Assembly (NCBI GenBank): GCA_026023565.1
Contig: JAPETS010000023.1
Coordinates: 186,001-250,000 of the forward strand
Length of the DNA stretch: 64,000 bases
Reading direction: 5' to 3'
Source: Cirrosporium novae-zelandiae
Lineage: Eukaryota
A model generated the notes under the pieces. The model was given only the letters and a program-made list of their open reading frames with translations, ran no database searches and was not told the origin of the DNA. The first letter of the stretch is position 1. Each line of letters starts with the position of its first letter. A program made the translations under genes and the position numbers. Shown here piece after piece: positions 37,463 to 51,210 of the stretch.

Positions 37463-38636
37463 TCATAATTTGGCCTCACTCCTCTTCCGTTCCACATCCA
37501 CATCCTCAGACCCCCTAGCCCCAGGCCCAGTATCAAAAGCCTCATCATCCGTAAAATGCCACCCTCTCTCCCTCCCCCCACTCAAAAACCCACACTCACC
37601 ATCTACAACACAATCCCAACCACCCAGAATACCCTTCCCACCCTTCCACCTCCCAACCTCATCAGGCCTCCACCCTCTCACCGGCCTTTCCAATAATTCC
37701 CTTCTCTTCACATCCTCGGTCCCCACACCACCCACAGATCTCATACTATTATTATTATTGTTGTTATTATCCCGACGACGGTCAAACCTACTAACCCCAC
37801 AACACCAAGCCCCAAACCTGCGCTCCTCCTCGCCCGTCAAAACCCTCCCGATAGCAATCATGGTGGCCGCATGCGTACACAGCAACACGGTTCTGGGTTC
37901 GCCTTCTTCTGCATCGAGATCTTGGATTATGCTCTCGAGCGCAAAGGCGACCCGTTGGTGTAACTCTGCGATCGTTTCTCCGTTTTGCGCGGGGATGATG
38001 TGCGATATATAGTCTGGGGAGATGTTGAGGGATGGTTTGGTGGTGGTGGAAGCAGGGTACTGAGATAGAAGCACGGAGAGGGGAGCTGGTGAGGGATGAG
38101 GCCAGGGAGCAGGGCCGAACCATTCACTAAGGAGGATATAATTGATCCCATCAGCATTAGCGCCAGCCAGTAGCAGAAAGAAAAAAAAAGCCACAAACAA
38201 AAAACCCTCATATTATCAATTTTTCTTTAGGTCGGTCTGGACAAGATTCACTTACCCAATCCCCCTCTCCACCCTCGTCTCCTCCTCCTTCCCCCCTGCT
38301 AGTCCCCACCTCCACCCCCCCTCCTCAACTGCCCCTTTCAAAGTCTGCAGGCATCTTGAAAAGGCGCTACAATACACCCGCTCAATTGGCGGCTTGATGG
38401 TTTCAAGATAGACGCCCAGTTGCCGAGATTGCTGGACCCCATACGACGTGAGTGGGACGTCGGCGGGGATGCTAGTAGGGGTGGGGATGTGCGAGGTGTA
38501 GATACCTGTGGAGGGGTCGATGTGGAAGGTGGTGCGGAACTAAAGTGGGGGAAAGTTAGCGGAAGGGGTTCCGTCCACCGAGGAGGGGGGGGGAACGCGC
38601 GCCGTGACGGACGACGTAGATGGTTTGGAGGACCAT
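37463..38636 (-). CDS. Histidine phosphatase / phosphoglycerate mutase-like protein (Tfc7 tau55 phosphatase-domain-like)
   Basis: MVLQTIYVVRHG/FR, DVPLTSYGVQQS, VYCSAFSRCLQTL, LSEWFG, LLCTHAATMIAIGR. Two introns, the first GC-AG. Confidence 0.85.
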
Positions 38637-39187
38637 CTTTTTTTTTTAAGAATTCGACGAGTGGAGATTCATTGATAGATATCGTGAGGAGGGATGTAGG
38701 ATGAAGGTGGAAGTGGGGATAGATAAGTATGAGAGTGGAAATATTGAAATCAATGAGAAAGGACGGCAGAATATAAAAGCGGTAAATGGAATAGGAAATA
38801 ACCGAGGTTGGAGATTAGAGGTTAAAGGCCCTCGAGAGGTTAGATTAGAGTCGGAACCCGGGAGCTTGTTTACGCAGTTGGTTGTGATGGTCCACCTGAA
38901 AGCCTTCAGATAAGATACAACTATGGAAGCATGGTCCATTTGATTGTTTTGGTTACTTAACCTCACTAATGAGGGGCAATTAGTGTGAGGGTTATCATAG
39001 CCCTAGGAGAGGGTAGGGTATACATTCAAAAAGATACGAAAGTACCTCCGGGTCATTGTCTTACCCGGCGCCATCGCTATGCAGAAATATAGAAATACAC
39101 AAGACCTGCAGCAACTCTCGCCGAAATGAAACCCATAAAATACATTGATGACCTGTCGCAGAGAAGTCATTCTCGTCCTGACTGTAC

Positions 39188-41795
39188 CTAAGTTTGCGTA
39201 CTTTCAGCTTGAGGCCCCTGATTGTCGCGTCGCTGAATTGTGTCCCCCCCGACATGACCTGTCTGTCCAGGGGTATCTGCCCCACTTGCTGAAGCTGTTC
39301 CTTGCTGAATACGGCTCTGGTCAATGGGTTGAGCAGCCGAATTTGCTTGTACTTCTTGCTGCTGATGTTGATTCGCATATGGTGGATCGCTTGGTTCCAT
39401 TGTCGAAATATTCGCTTCCCCCGAGTCCTCGGGAGGAGCCTGCACCTGCCTTTGCTCAGCTTCCCTTCGCCTTTCCTCGTCTGCTCTCGCCCGCTGTCTT
39501 CTCATATCCGCTTCTTCTTGAGCTCGAACGTGCATCTCGCCAACTCCCGGGATTAGACTTCCAATAAATATAATCATGGCCCTTTCTGCTCGATGGAAAT
39601 TTCTTTGTACCCAGCTGGCTTCTCTTTCATTGCGTTCTCGAATCAAACGTTCGGCCATCTCATGAGGTCTGGGCTCTCCTCGCGGTCGCCTATCGCCTTC
39701 CTGGTTGGCAGGCTGGCGTCCATTTTGAGCTCGTTCTTCGTCATTTACTTGGTCGCGAAGGTACTGCCTAAGTGACCTCCAGATATAATCACGAATAGGT
39801 TCAAAGAACCCTAGATGTGTCAGGAAAACAACAAGAGCAATCATAGTAAGAACTATCGATCGTGGCAAGTCACTACCAGTAGCGAAGAAGAGAAGAAATC
39901 CCATTAGTCTAACTAATAGCCAAATATGCCCAAAGAAAGTTTGGACGAGTCCACGGCCAGGCTGGCGAGCCTGCGGTGGCTGTTGTTGCTGTTGTGGTTG
40001 TCCTTGTTGTTCCTGTGGCTGTTGTTGTCCTTGTTGTAGTGGTTGTCCTTGGAGCTGCAGCTGCAACTGCTGGACTTGTTGTAATTGAGCCTGTACTTGA
40101 GCAGGTTGGTGTCGAGCTTGGTACTGGGCTTGATGTTGAGCAAAGTGTTGGGCAATCGCAGGGTTCAGAGGTGGCGGTTGAGTCTGGGCTGTCGGAGCTT
40201 GGAAATTTTGTAATTGAAGATTTACCGTAGGAGCACCGGTATATACTCCCGAAGGTGCAAATAACAAGGCATAGGGGCCATTCGGCGATGATAAAAGATA
40301 AACGCTAGCAGGAGTAACGCCAGCACCTTGCGGGAGAGGTGGGCTTAAAGTATGCTGCGGCATTATGTTCGGCGTTGAATTCTCGGAATTTCCCTCAGGG
40401 TGATTTTGAGTGTGCTGAATCCGAGTGATGATGTTCTGAACGCGATTTCTGATATCGAGAGTATCTAGCCAGTGTCCAACTGGTATATCATGCACATGAT
40501 ACGCACGTTCGACAAGGGAACGGAGTCTATTCAGCTCCTCGTCCGAAGGTGTTCGCCCGATTGCCATCTGATGATCCAGGCTTGATAATGCTAGACCAAT
40601 TTCGGAAAGTAATTGCCTTGCCTCATTGTATCCCGGTGCATCCGCTGACCATGGCTGTGGTGCGATCGGATTACCTGTAGGCAGTGGAGGATTGGTCCCA
40701 GCAACAGGAGGAGAGTTCATCATTTGAGTGAGACTTGGAGTCGAAGTAGAACCAGAGTTTGGTATAGCCTGAGCAACTCCCGGTGGGGGGATGATTGTAG
40801 TTCGGTTTGTAGAAGTATATTGCCAAAAAGTTCCATCAGGATTCCGCCCTGATCGCACGATAGTACGAACATCTGGCGTTGGTGTAGATCCCATAGGAAT
40901 GGCTTGTGGAAGCACTTCAGGAGGGGATAGCACTGGTTCAATTGGTTGGGATCGGGTCTGTTGCTGCTGGTCCTCTTGAGTCTGAGTAGGTGCTCCTGGT
41001 GGTGCAGGCTGTCCTATTCCATTTAGTCCCGCTGTTGCTCTTGCTTGTTGCCTTTGTCCAAGGAGCTGCTGGATGACTGCTTGTTGCGATGTCTGCGTCT
41101 GCCTTTGAATCTGTTGTATCATTTGCGGTAACATTTGTTCTTGGATCTGTTGGTGGATCTGTTGAGCTAGCTGTTGGTTCACTGCGGCAAATGGATGTCC
41201 TGCGGACGGGGGCATCTGTTGAGCTCCTGTCATGTTTGGTATATGTCCCACACCATGATTTGTGGGTGCCTGGGTGGATGGAACTGGTATAGGTCCCGAA
41301 GAGGGATGTGCAACATTTGTAGTAGACGCAGGTGTAGGACGCAATGGTTGATGATAGTTTAAGGGAAGTGGGTGAATGCGCTGTGAATTCGACGGCATGA
41401 TTGTAGAGCGAGGAGGAAGAACCAAATGAAAGGTATATGTCAGTTCAGTATTCTAAGAGTCATAACCGTCAGTAACAGCCAAGCCTCAGATGTAGATTCC
41501 AACAAACCAGTTCTTTTCCCAAAATCAACTGCAGGGTATCGCTGTCTTTCGAGAGAGGCCGTCCTTGATAAATAAGTCTCTGTCGTTCTGGAGCTGGATG
41601 AGTGTCAACCGCATCTCGAATCTTTTCTTTCAGTTGACCGACAGTCATCGACAAGGAAGTCGAAGGGAAAGAGAGGCGATGGCGGACCTCTTCAGAAGGT
41701 GAAAGGATATTAAGAAGGATTTTTGGTGGTGCCATCGAGGATGAATGGGGATCTGAGGGGCTTCTATTTCGCTCAGGCTGTTCCAGTGAAGCCAT
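39188..41795 (-). CDS. Ubiquitin-like domain membrane protein (Usa1/HERPUD-type ERAD scaffold candidate)
   Basis: N-terminal UBL (TVGQLKEKI...QRLIYQGRPL...TFHLVL), long Q/P-rich region, two TM helices near the C-terminus and FIGSLIPG motif. Confidence 0.75.
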
Positions 41796-42345
41796 ACTAA
41801 AGTTGGAGCACCTTTGGATGGTAAGATGCTACAAGTACAGAGAAACCTCACAGAATATAAAGTGCCAAATACACATCAACAATCAACACATTCAGGTAAC
41901 TTAGTCAAGTTATTTAGTAAATCGTGTAGTCGCCGATAAAGAAAGGTTGAAGCCCAAGAGGTATTATTGGCCAGTGAATTTGTTTTAAAAGAAAATGTGT
42001 TGATGGACAATCCAGAAAGTTGCGAGAGCCCGAAAACTTCCTGATTTAATTGAATCCAGCATGAGGTATACATAAACCCGGTTATTATTATCTTCTTTCT
42101 ATCGCTATAACTGTCAACAATCTACGATGATGCCACGGTGTTTGATACACCAAGCGTTGGTGTACAAATAAGGGAATCAGCCCCCCATTAAACGATAGTC
42201 TCTAGATGATTATCCGACTAAGTAACTACACGGTATAACATTACGTATACCGGATTCACTACCATATCAAAGTAACAATTATATCAAATAGCGCAGTTGG
42301 CTCAGCTTCATCTAACTTCCAACTCCCCATTCACTTCTGTCCGTC

Positions 42346-45126
42346 TCACAGTCGCCAATTGAGAAGCCACATCAGAGCTAGGATTGAGAATATTCTGAGC
42401 TTCGGATTTGTGACCACAGCAGCCATTTTATCCATCTTCATCCGAAACTTAATATTATCTAGATCTCGAGTCTGGATTCGTAGCAATTCTATCCCCCTTC
42501 TCGTTGCTACGGACGCATTTAGGGAGGTTGCACCCACTAGATATCCGGTGATTACGCTAGTTGCTAAAGCCACCTTGTGACTAAACCACAAGAAAAGGTA
42601 ACTGATGATGATAAATTCCAGCCATTTTCCGGCTTGGAAGCGGCCATGGGCATGTGGAATTCCTAGACTTAGGATTCCCTTAGCATCTGCTGCGAGCCAA
42701 ATATGGTACTGCAACGTATAGGTTTCCAACGAGCATTTGCCAAGCCAGGCGAACTCTAACGAATGAACGGCCTGTAGTCGTTGATGACAGTTCCGAAGCA
42801 GGACGAATGATATAATGGGAATCCAAGATATATAAGGATGCCACGCATTATAGTCCTTCTTAGTGGAAAGCGGGTAGGTTGCTAGGAAGAATATTGGTAT
42901 GAGGATCATTGGGAGTAAGATTGAAAGGTTCTTGACGATATTCTTATTTGGCGACATTGAGATATTAGGATAGTTTAAGCAAATCCAAGCGGCGACCATA
43001 CCAACATAGACAATTGTTGTGTCGAGGTAGGTTCGGAAACGCCATTCCTCTGCATCCCAGCTAATCTTACACCATTTTTGCAGTAGAAAAAAAATATTCT
43101 CCAGTATTCCTGGCGCTCTGGTAAATACGATTACCAACAGGCAGGATATAACGAGCTTCGTAGAAAAAAGGCGAAGGTCTGTATTCCACTTGCGTCTGAC
43201 TCTCATGGTTAAGTAGACGATCAGAAACCAGAAGCTTGCGAGAGGCGCAAAGTAGTAAAAGAGATAATTAGTTTCCATCACATATGCTAGAATACAGCTT
43301 AGAAAGTTAAGCCTAATAAGGACTTTAAAGACTCGGCGTGATGAGTAGTCGGTGGTATCGAGGAAGTATATTGCATGTCCATAGCCTGTCATAAATAAGT
43401 ATGCTGCAACCAGAAGCCGGACGATCTTATAAATTCCAATGTGCTTCGAAGCTCCGGTGTAGTGGTAGATAAGAATTATGAATTGCATCCACCCTTTCCA
43501 TTCATCTGTCTGAGACCTTGGCAGCGATAGTCGACGTACGAGCATCGGATTACAGACGGGAGACTTAAGTGGCAGTATAGACATTAATTGATGCTGCGTT
43601 CCTGTAGATGGAACAATTGACATAATCCCTGCAGCAAATGGCAAAATCGACAGGCTTACGAAGTTACTCATCACAAAATGTTTCTGGGCCTTGCTGTATA
43701 CTGTTGTCCGGTCCGTTAAGGTGCAGTATATGAAGAGGGATGGGAGAAGAGTACAGCTCAAGATCCCATGAACGGTTTTACGAGCAACTCCAAATTCACC
43801 AAGAATTATATCTAGAGAATGTTAGTTGATATTATCATGAATATTAAAAATTGTGCAAATGATAGTTTGATATACCAAGAACACTTATAAAAATGAATAG
43901 TTGTAAGAATAGTGAGAAGGGGCTCTTTAGAATCCAAATGGGACCAGGATTTTGGGCTTCAGGTTTGCGCGAGTTTAAAGATATTTAGTGACTTACTCAT
44001 AAATTTAGGGATATTCGAGAGAGAAGATATTATCCAAAGGACGGTAAGCCAGAGCGGTAGTTTTGAAACCCTCCGCTGGTAGCTGCAACAAGTTCGGTCT
44101 GCCGGGTAAGGAGGTGAACGAGAAGCTTCAGCGTTGCAACGAAGGTTCAAGAGAACATCCGCTCTCCGGTTAGCTATGTTTTCAATAATATGTAGCCCAT
44201 CAGACCCAAATGCTTTGCCTTCGCTCCTTGTCATGGCGGAAAAACTCCAGGGCACCATCGACTGACAACTTTTAGAGAAATCCAAGAGGTAGTTATTCAT
44301 TGTCTCAATCTTGGAAGGTGAAATAGTTGCTGAACGATAAGGAGAGAGGCGTTTGAAATTAGGGACTTCCACAGGAGAAAAGAATAGGAGATCATCCGAA
44401 AGAGTTAATGCATCATTAGTACGACATGTTTGACTAGCTTTCGCAACAATTCGATTCATTGAATCTGTAAAATGGGTCATGAAGCCACTTTGGAGATATC
44501 TTGCATGCCATAAGCCCCCACCTATTAATATAAGTTGTCCTGAACGGTTAGTCATTAGAGCACTAAAGTCTCTGGAGTCCTGCCGAGAACGGTAGATGCG
44601 GAGTTTTTCGTTCAGGGCAGAAGAGTTGAGAAACGGATCCCAGATGAACCGCAACGTCACACCTTGACTCTCGAAAACTGCGTCTTGATGTTTTCCTAAG
44701 GTTGATAGGTTCTTGGCTGCTTTGAAACTGTCTATTTTCTTCGCCGTTGCCCAAAAGACCCGACGAACAGAGGAGTCCCCGATTAGTGTATAATTCCTTG
44801 ACTTCAGGCATTCAATCGTATCTGCGGAGCCATACTGGTGCATCATACAAGCTCCAGGATCCCAATTGCTCAAGTACGAGTCATGATTGCTTCGTGATGG
44901 GGGATCAAGCCATCGCCCTTTATTAAGCAGAGCCCCACAGTGAAGATAATCACCCGATCCTATGGGAAGGAAATTAGAAAAGGCATTCAAGTCTTACATA
45001 AAGAACAAGTGAAAGCAACATACTAGAGCGAACGATGTACAATGCCACAGTTACAATTAGGAGGATAACGGGCGCGAGATTATCAAGCCATCGAACAAGG
45101 CAGCTATATGATGCTTTGATGATCAT
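42346..45126 (-). CDS. CAS1: Cas1p-family O-acetyltransferase
   Basis: SGNH-like domain (LIGDSSVR, SDGLH) plus multi-TM domain with QTDEWKGWMQ, AAYLFMTGYGH, SLETYTLQYHIWLA. Two introns restore one frame. Confidence 0.9.
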
Positions 45127-45721
45127 CTGAACTACACTGAAGGGATTGACTTGGGATGTGATGGAAGTGAATGTTCACGAAAGGAATCTTGAAAGAGTAG
45201 GGGTGTTTGTCGCTTTCTAGTGACCTCTAGATGAAGTGATTTCATCTAGATAGAATAGGCGAAGAGAGATAATAAAGAAGAGAAAAGGTGAAGACAAAAG
45301 GAAGATGAAATGCCAGGGCTAATCTGAAAGACGAAGAAAAAACATGAGGTGAATATGTCTCCTTTTCTAATAAAACATTGCATTCTTCATTTCATATGTA
45401 AGCTTTTAAAATATTTTATAATTGACTAAACAGGATTTGAATGTATGATGAGAAGTAATGAAAGGCGTTCCCTTCCCTAGGGGCTCACGGGACCTTATGC
45501 CTGATGCTTTTATGAAATAAGAATTTGGTATTTATTTACGGACGCCGAAGCGGCAAAAGCCGCGACAGCGACAAGATTTCCTTGGGGTTTCGTCATAGGG
45601 CGAATCAAATGCTACAAGAATGAGTACGGAGCTTTTTTTCATTTTATACACCGACAAAAGTACTTTCAACAATTATTTCTCAATAAATATGTCTTTCACC
45701 TAATATTACTCCCTGTCCAGA

Positions 45722-47486
45722 ATGGCAGCTTCGCGATTTAGTCGAATAACCCTTCGTTGTAAAAATTGTTTTTTCTATGCTCAGCCCAAGATGCTCTCCA
45801 ATCGGGCCCACCCACAGCCCTTCGTATACTCCTTAACCATTGAAAACTACACACTACACTCGCGATATATCAGTTCCACCGCTCAACGGCGCAATAAGGA
45901 GAAAAAAGAGAAGGAGACGTTCAACAGTCGTTTGAGAACTGCATTGAGGAAAACCAAGATCGAATGGTATCCGATTCCAATTGGCCTAGGTATTGGATTT
46001 CTTGGATTTGTCCAATTATATCATAGCTGGTATCGAGAGAAAGCAAGGGAAGAAGAGCAAAGACAAAATGGGGCTGATGGTCGTGGAGATGAGGAACCGC
46101 GTCCACAGAAGCGAAAAAGGATACGCCCATCAGGACCATGGTTAGCCTCCCTGGAAAGAGATATTCCGCACAATTATGACTGATATTCGTTCTATCAATG
46201 AAGGCAGGTACAGGTCATGTCCACCTTGCCATTGAAAGCAATCTCTCGCTTATGGGGTCGATTTAATGAACTTACCATTCCTCCTTGGCTTCGTGATCCT
46301 GGTTTTCGATTATACGCATGGGCATTCGGTGTAAAGTACAATAAGTCTTTCCTACACGCAAGGGACATTCCTAACAAGCTGTAATAGTCTCTCGGAAGCC
46401 GACGAGAAGGATCTCCGTGCATATCCAAATCTCGCTGCCTTTTTCTACCGCTCCCTGAAACCCGGGGTTCGCCCTCTGGATCCTAACCCTTCTTCGGTTG
46501 TTTCCCCTGCGGATGGCCGAGTCCTTCAATTTGGAAGAATTGAGAATGGAGAAGTAGAGCAAGTCAAAGGAATGACATACAGCCTTGATGCCTTGCTAGG
46601 TGCTCCAGGAATATCTCCTAACCCATTCTTGCCCTCGAATATATTCTCCAAAAGTCCAGCTTCCGACCAAAGACAAACCACTGCTATCACCGATGACCAG
46701 GATGTTATAAAAGCGGACGAGGAGTTTGCTGTTGTCAATGGTATATCGTACTCGCTGCCAGATCTCCTTTCCGGGGATCTATCACAGACCCCTGCCACCT
46801 CTATGGACGCCTCAACGATACCGAAGCCTTCCTCAGAGTCTGAAGTTCGTGCTGAATTAGCTATGAAACCGTCATCATGGTCCCTTAGACCGCACCCCAA
46901 AACAGCTCTCTATTACATTGTTATCTATTTGGCTCCAGGTGATTATCATCGTTTCCACTCACCCACATCATGGGTCGTCTCTGCGCGTCGCCACTTTGCA
47001 GGAGAATTATATTCCGTCTCACCGTACCTGCAACGCACCCTCCCTGGACTCTTCACCCTCAACGAGCGCGTAGTCCTCCTGGGCCGCTGGCGCCATGGTT
47101 TTTTTTCCTACGTCCCCGTCGGCGCCACCAACGTCGGCTCTATAAAAATCAACTTCGACAAGGAATTGCGCACCAACAGCCTGCTGACAGACACAGCAGC
47201 AGACAGAGCCGCAGAAGAGGCGTTGAAAAGAGGAGAGAAATGGATCGGGTTCAGCGAAGCCGTTTACAGGAACGCCAGCAAGGTCCTAGGTGGATATGCA
47301 CTGAAAAGAGGAGAAGAAATGGGAGGCTTCCAACTCGGAAGCACCATTGTCCTGGTATTTGAGGCGCCGACAGGAAAAGAAGAAGGCGACAGCGGCAAGA
47401 TAAAAGGTGGATGGAATTGGAACGTCGAGAAGGGACAGAGAGTAAAGGTTGGAGAGGCCATTGGCTGGGTTGACGAAGATTCATGA
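45722..47486 (+). CDS. PSD1: Mitochondrial phosphatidylserine decarboxylase proenzyme
   Basis: Presequence-like N-terminus, LPLKAISRLWG, SPADGRVL, YLAPGDYHRFHSP, and autocleavage motif FQLGST. Two introns. Confidence 0.95.
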
Positions 47487-48153
47487 AATACATTATTATA
47501 GAACGGAAAGGGAAGGCAACTTTTCTCACCCGGGGTTTCGGGGAGGTAAATCTGAATTTGGGGAACTTGAATCACGAGATATGTGGATGGAGTTATTTGG
47601 AGTTTTTTTTTAACACTCAATCCCTAATATCTACTCCAACATATAGGGATCCTTCTAAAGAAATCAATTATAATAATGCTATACATATACATACATATAT
47701 GCATATATTTATATTTATATTTACGCGTACGGATAGATAAACAGAAATAGGGAGGGAGTGAATGAATGAATGGGGGCAGATAAAATATAGATAACTAGTT
47801 GCCTAAGGGATTGAATATTGTATATCTACCTAGATAGGTAATGATATTCAATATTCGAGGTGCCTCTAAACTAGACTATAGTCAATCCAAATTAAGTAGC
47901 TCCAATAGCTTAGGTCATAATACATCATCACTATTAATAATATTAGCGTTTGGATATCATTATATTGACATTTATATCTATCTAGCTTGACCACCGATTA
48001 GCGAAACCTATCATAAGTTCATATCCGATATTTCCAATGTCATGTCATGGATTTTCAGGAAATTGTAGACTCATGGTAGATGTCTACATCTAAGCAGTTC
48101 CATCCAACACTCGTAGCATAGTAGAAAAGTTGCTGACCAGGCCATATGTAAGT

Positions 48154-50618
48154 TTAAGGGTCACCAGGAAGCCCCGAATAGGAGTTATTCGCCACAGAAC
48201 TAAAGTTAACAGGGCCACCGCCGTTAATACTCGGGAAGAAAGATGAATTATATCCCAGGTCCGGTCCAGTAGAAAACACCGGATCTCCCGCGCCAGAATA
48301 AGAAATGGGATATGAGCATTGATATCCCTGCTGCATATTGGGGTCTTGAAAACTGTTCGTAGCAAAGTACTCTTTGTCTTCGGCACTGGTAGCGTCGTTG
48401 CAATCTTCAGGATAAACCGAGCGTGGATTTGGGAATTGCGAGGAAGGCCTGGAGCTCTGAACATTTTGTTTTGGCTCTTGGTTTGGGCTGGTGTACCCTG
48501 AGTCCGAAGTTTCGGCTGATTGTAATAATTGTCCTTGTCTTTGAGCTTGGTGGAATGTATGCGCTGCTGTTGCAGATGCGTCTTCAGTCAGCGGAGGGGG
48601 TCCTCTATAGAATGTTGATACCTCAGAGTTGGCTATTACGTTGTTCGCTGTCGGTATGAGACTCCCTGTTGGCGTTTCCAAGGTCAACGAAGTGTCGATA
48701 CCGTTAAATGGCCTAGATTCTGGCAAGAGTGTATTTGCTGGAGAGGGTAGTTTGTTCTGTTCCTACCTCTGTGCTAATGCTGATTGGCATGTTCGAACGA
48801 CGTCAACTAGAGAAGCCTTCAATGTTTCTTCCAAGGATACCAAGCCTGAAGTTGCCCTTGACTCCAGCTCAGTCTGAACCAGGCGTGGAAGCTCGCTCCG
48901 ACTATAGGATTCGTATTCAGCTAAGCTTTGCGACACTGGTGATTGAGATTCATTAAGATTCGAGGAGACTAAAATAGGCTCGTAATCTGGAAACGAACTA
49001 GCTATCATTGAATGAGGAGTGGCCGGCTATTCGATGCTTACAAGGGCTAGGAACAGGAGCGCCGGGAAATAGTATTTCGTAGATATCTTTCCAAGTGACG
49101 TTTCTTTTGTTGATCATCTTCATCTTATCCTGTGTAATTCCTTCCATGAACCGCAGCGGAAGTATATCACATTGGTTATAATTTCTCTGATGGTGCAGCA
49201 ACTCTTGTTCTTCCTCAAACACAAGCCAGCATCTCAGACAGTAGATTGGTGATTTGTGGGTTCGTTTCAAGTGTTGTCTGGATAGGGAGCATAAAGTTAG
49301 CTCTCTTTTAACGTTGAAGGTGCACTTCAACCTGCCCTGGCTCGACAGAAAATGGGGAGTATAATCATTTGTTTGACTCCACTTACTTTAGACGAGCAAT
49401 TGATTCAAATCCTGGACCCGCACATGCTCGGTACTTACGACTGTCCGAATTGCTACAACAGTATTTTCTAGGGTCAAATTTGTGAAAAGGACATGCAAAA
49501 AGACCATTTTCTCCATAGTCTCCGGGAGAAGAGGGCTCTGGCTTTTGTCGCTTTCTACGGTCATCTCTGGGAGAAGGAGGGTCGTCATCGTCGAAGTGAC
49601 GTTTCCTAGAAGACCATACAGCTTTGTTCGATGATGCCTTTCCGGAATTTTGAATTGGGCTCTGGGCGCTAGGAGGTGATCCTGTATGAGATCTCAAGCC
49701 TCCGGAAAGATGCTGGCCATACATAGCATAAAATTCATGCATGATATTTCGGAGCATCTTTTGTTTAGCACAACACCGACTTCTGCATTCGACTTCAGCA
49801 AAAATCATACTCTCTGTATCGGAGTCTAGCTCTTCCATGTCGTCTTCGGAAGTATCATCAGAATTAGAGTTATCTGATGAAGAAGTAAAATTCCCTGTTT
49901 CGTAGGGCTTCTCAGGTGTAGCATAAGACCCGGCAGAAGGACAAGAAGCGCCCCCAAAAGAATAGCTTGACCTGTCATCAAGATCTTTTAGTCTCACATT
50001 TGAGGTTGAGTTACTCAAACTAACTCTAGGTGATTTATTTGGCATAGGTTTGAACGTGTGCAATAATATTCTGTCATACCTGTCGCCAGGGCACATTGGC
50101 CGGCTAGTAACTAGACTGGGAAGGGTGGTGAATACAGACGGGCTGCCTCGTAAACTGCCGTAGCCACTGTTAACACTGTAAACACTATCTATACTCCGAC
50201 GTGAAGATGATGAATCTTCCATCACTGGCAACGGATTGAAGAAAATGGGAAAGGCGGGCGCCGCTAATACATCGTTGGTTGAATTTGTGGATGCTCCAAC
50301 GAGTGTCGGCGGGTAAGCGTCTAAGGAATACTTGAAAGATTCATCATCTATAGAAGTAATGCTTGGCTCAGCAACAGACGGTTCTAAGCCCTCCATTGGA
50401 CTGGTACTACAGTATTGATTAACAGGATGTTTTGGTGTCTGGGGGACAGGTATGTATACATACTAGCTTTCCACGTGTTTCGCTAGTAAGTCAGGCTGAC
50501 GAGGGAGTGATTTCATGCGTTTATGTGCTCTTTTGGCTCTGCTTGAGTCGTTGTCCATATAAGTTCTCATGTCCCAGGCCAGTTCAGGCACATTGACTTG
50601 CTCTTCGTTTCTCGACAT
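48154..50618 (-). CDS. Fungal C2H2-type zinc-finger protein (FACPF...CLRC type), with an internal in-frame TAG at 48763-48765
   Basis: Exon 1 from ATG 50618 splices in frame to ORF 49383-50396. Motifs FACPFHKFDP..C..C.GPGF...RLK/QHLKRTH, YCLRC...HQR, WKDIYEILFPG. Confidence 0.7.
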
Positions 50619-51210
50619 TGTTCAGGGAATATAAAGTAAAAATGGATTAATAGCGAAGCCATGATTATTATATATCAAGTTTGAAGAAAGCTGACGATAA
50701 TAACAATATGCTCTCCCACGCAACTGTGTATTCAAGCCAAGCCTTATGTGAAAGAGGGCGCCTACATCAATTATATCATTGAGCAGACAAGGGGCGCCAA
50801 ACCCCAGCCAACTCCAATGATCAGGACCGCTGTACCGTCTAAGCCAAGGGTAAGCGAAAAGTGGGAGTGTGTCTGGGACATTGTTAAGATAACTGGATAA
50901 GCAGAGCCTCTGGTCTCTGCAATCATGAACAGGGATTGGGTGCGTCGTAGAATCATAAAGAGGCTCTATACAGTAAATCTGTGAAATCAGGAAGATCGTT
51001 CGTTCCTTATTGTGATCGTGGAGTGGCACGTGACAGGGAAGTCGACCCAAACTTCAATTGAATCTACCCGCAGAAGGGCGCATTTTCAAAGTCACCTATG
51101 AGATACTCTCTATCCTTTGGGCATCAAGTAGATCATCCCCCCGGATTAAGAAAAGCGTGATGATGGTGGTGATGACAAGCCATTATTGAATACCTACGTG
51201 CTTACCCAAA

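Noticed and set aside
47808..47888. Imperfect inverted repeats as a MITE
   Set aside because: Short and AT-rich, with no target-site duplication and no second copy in the window.
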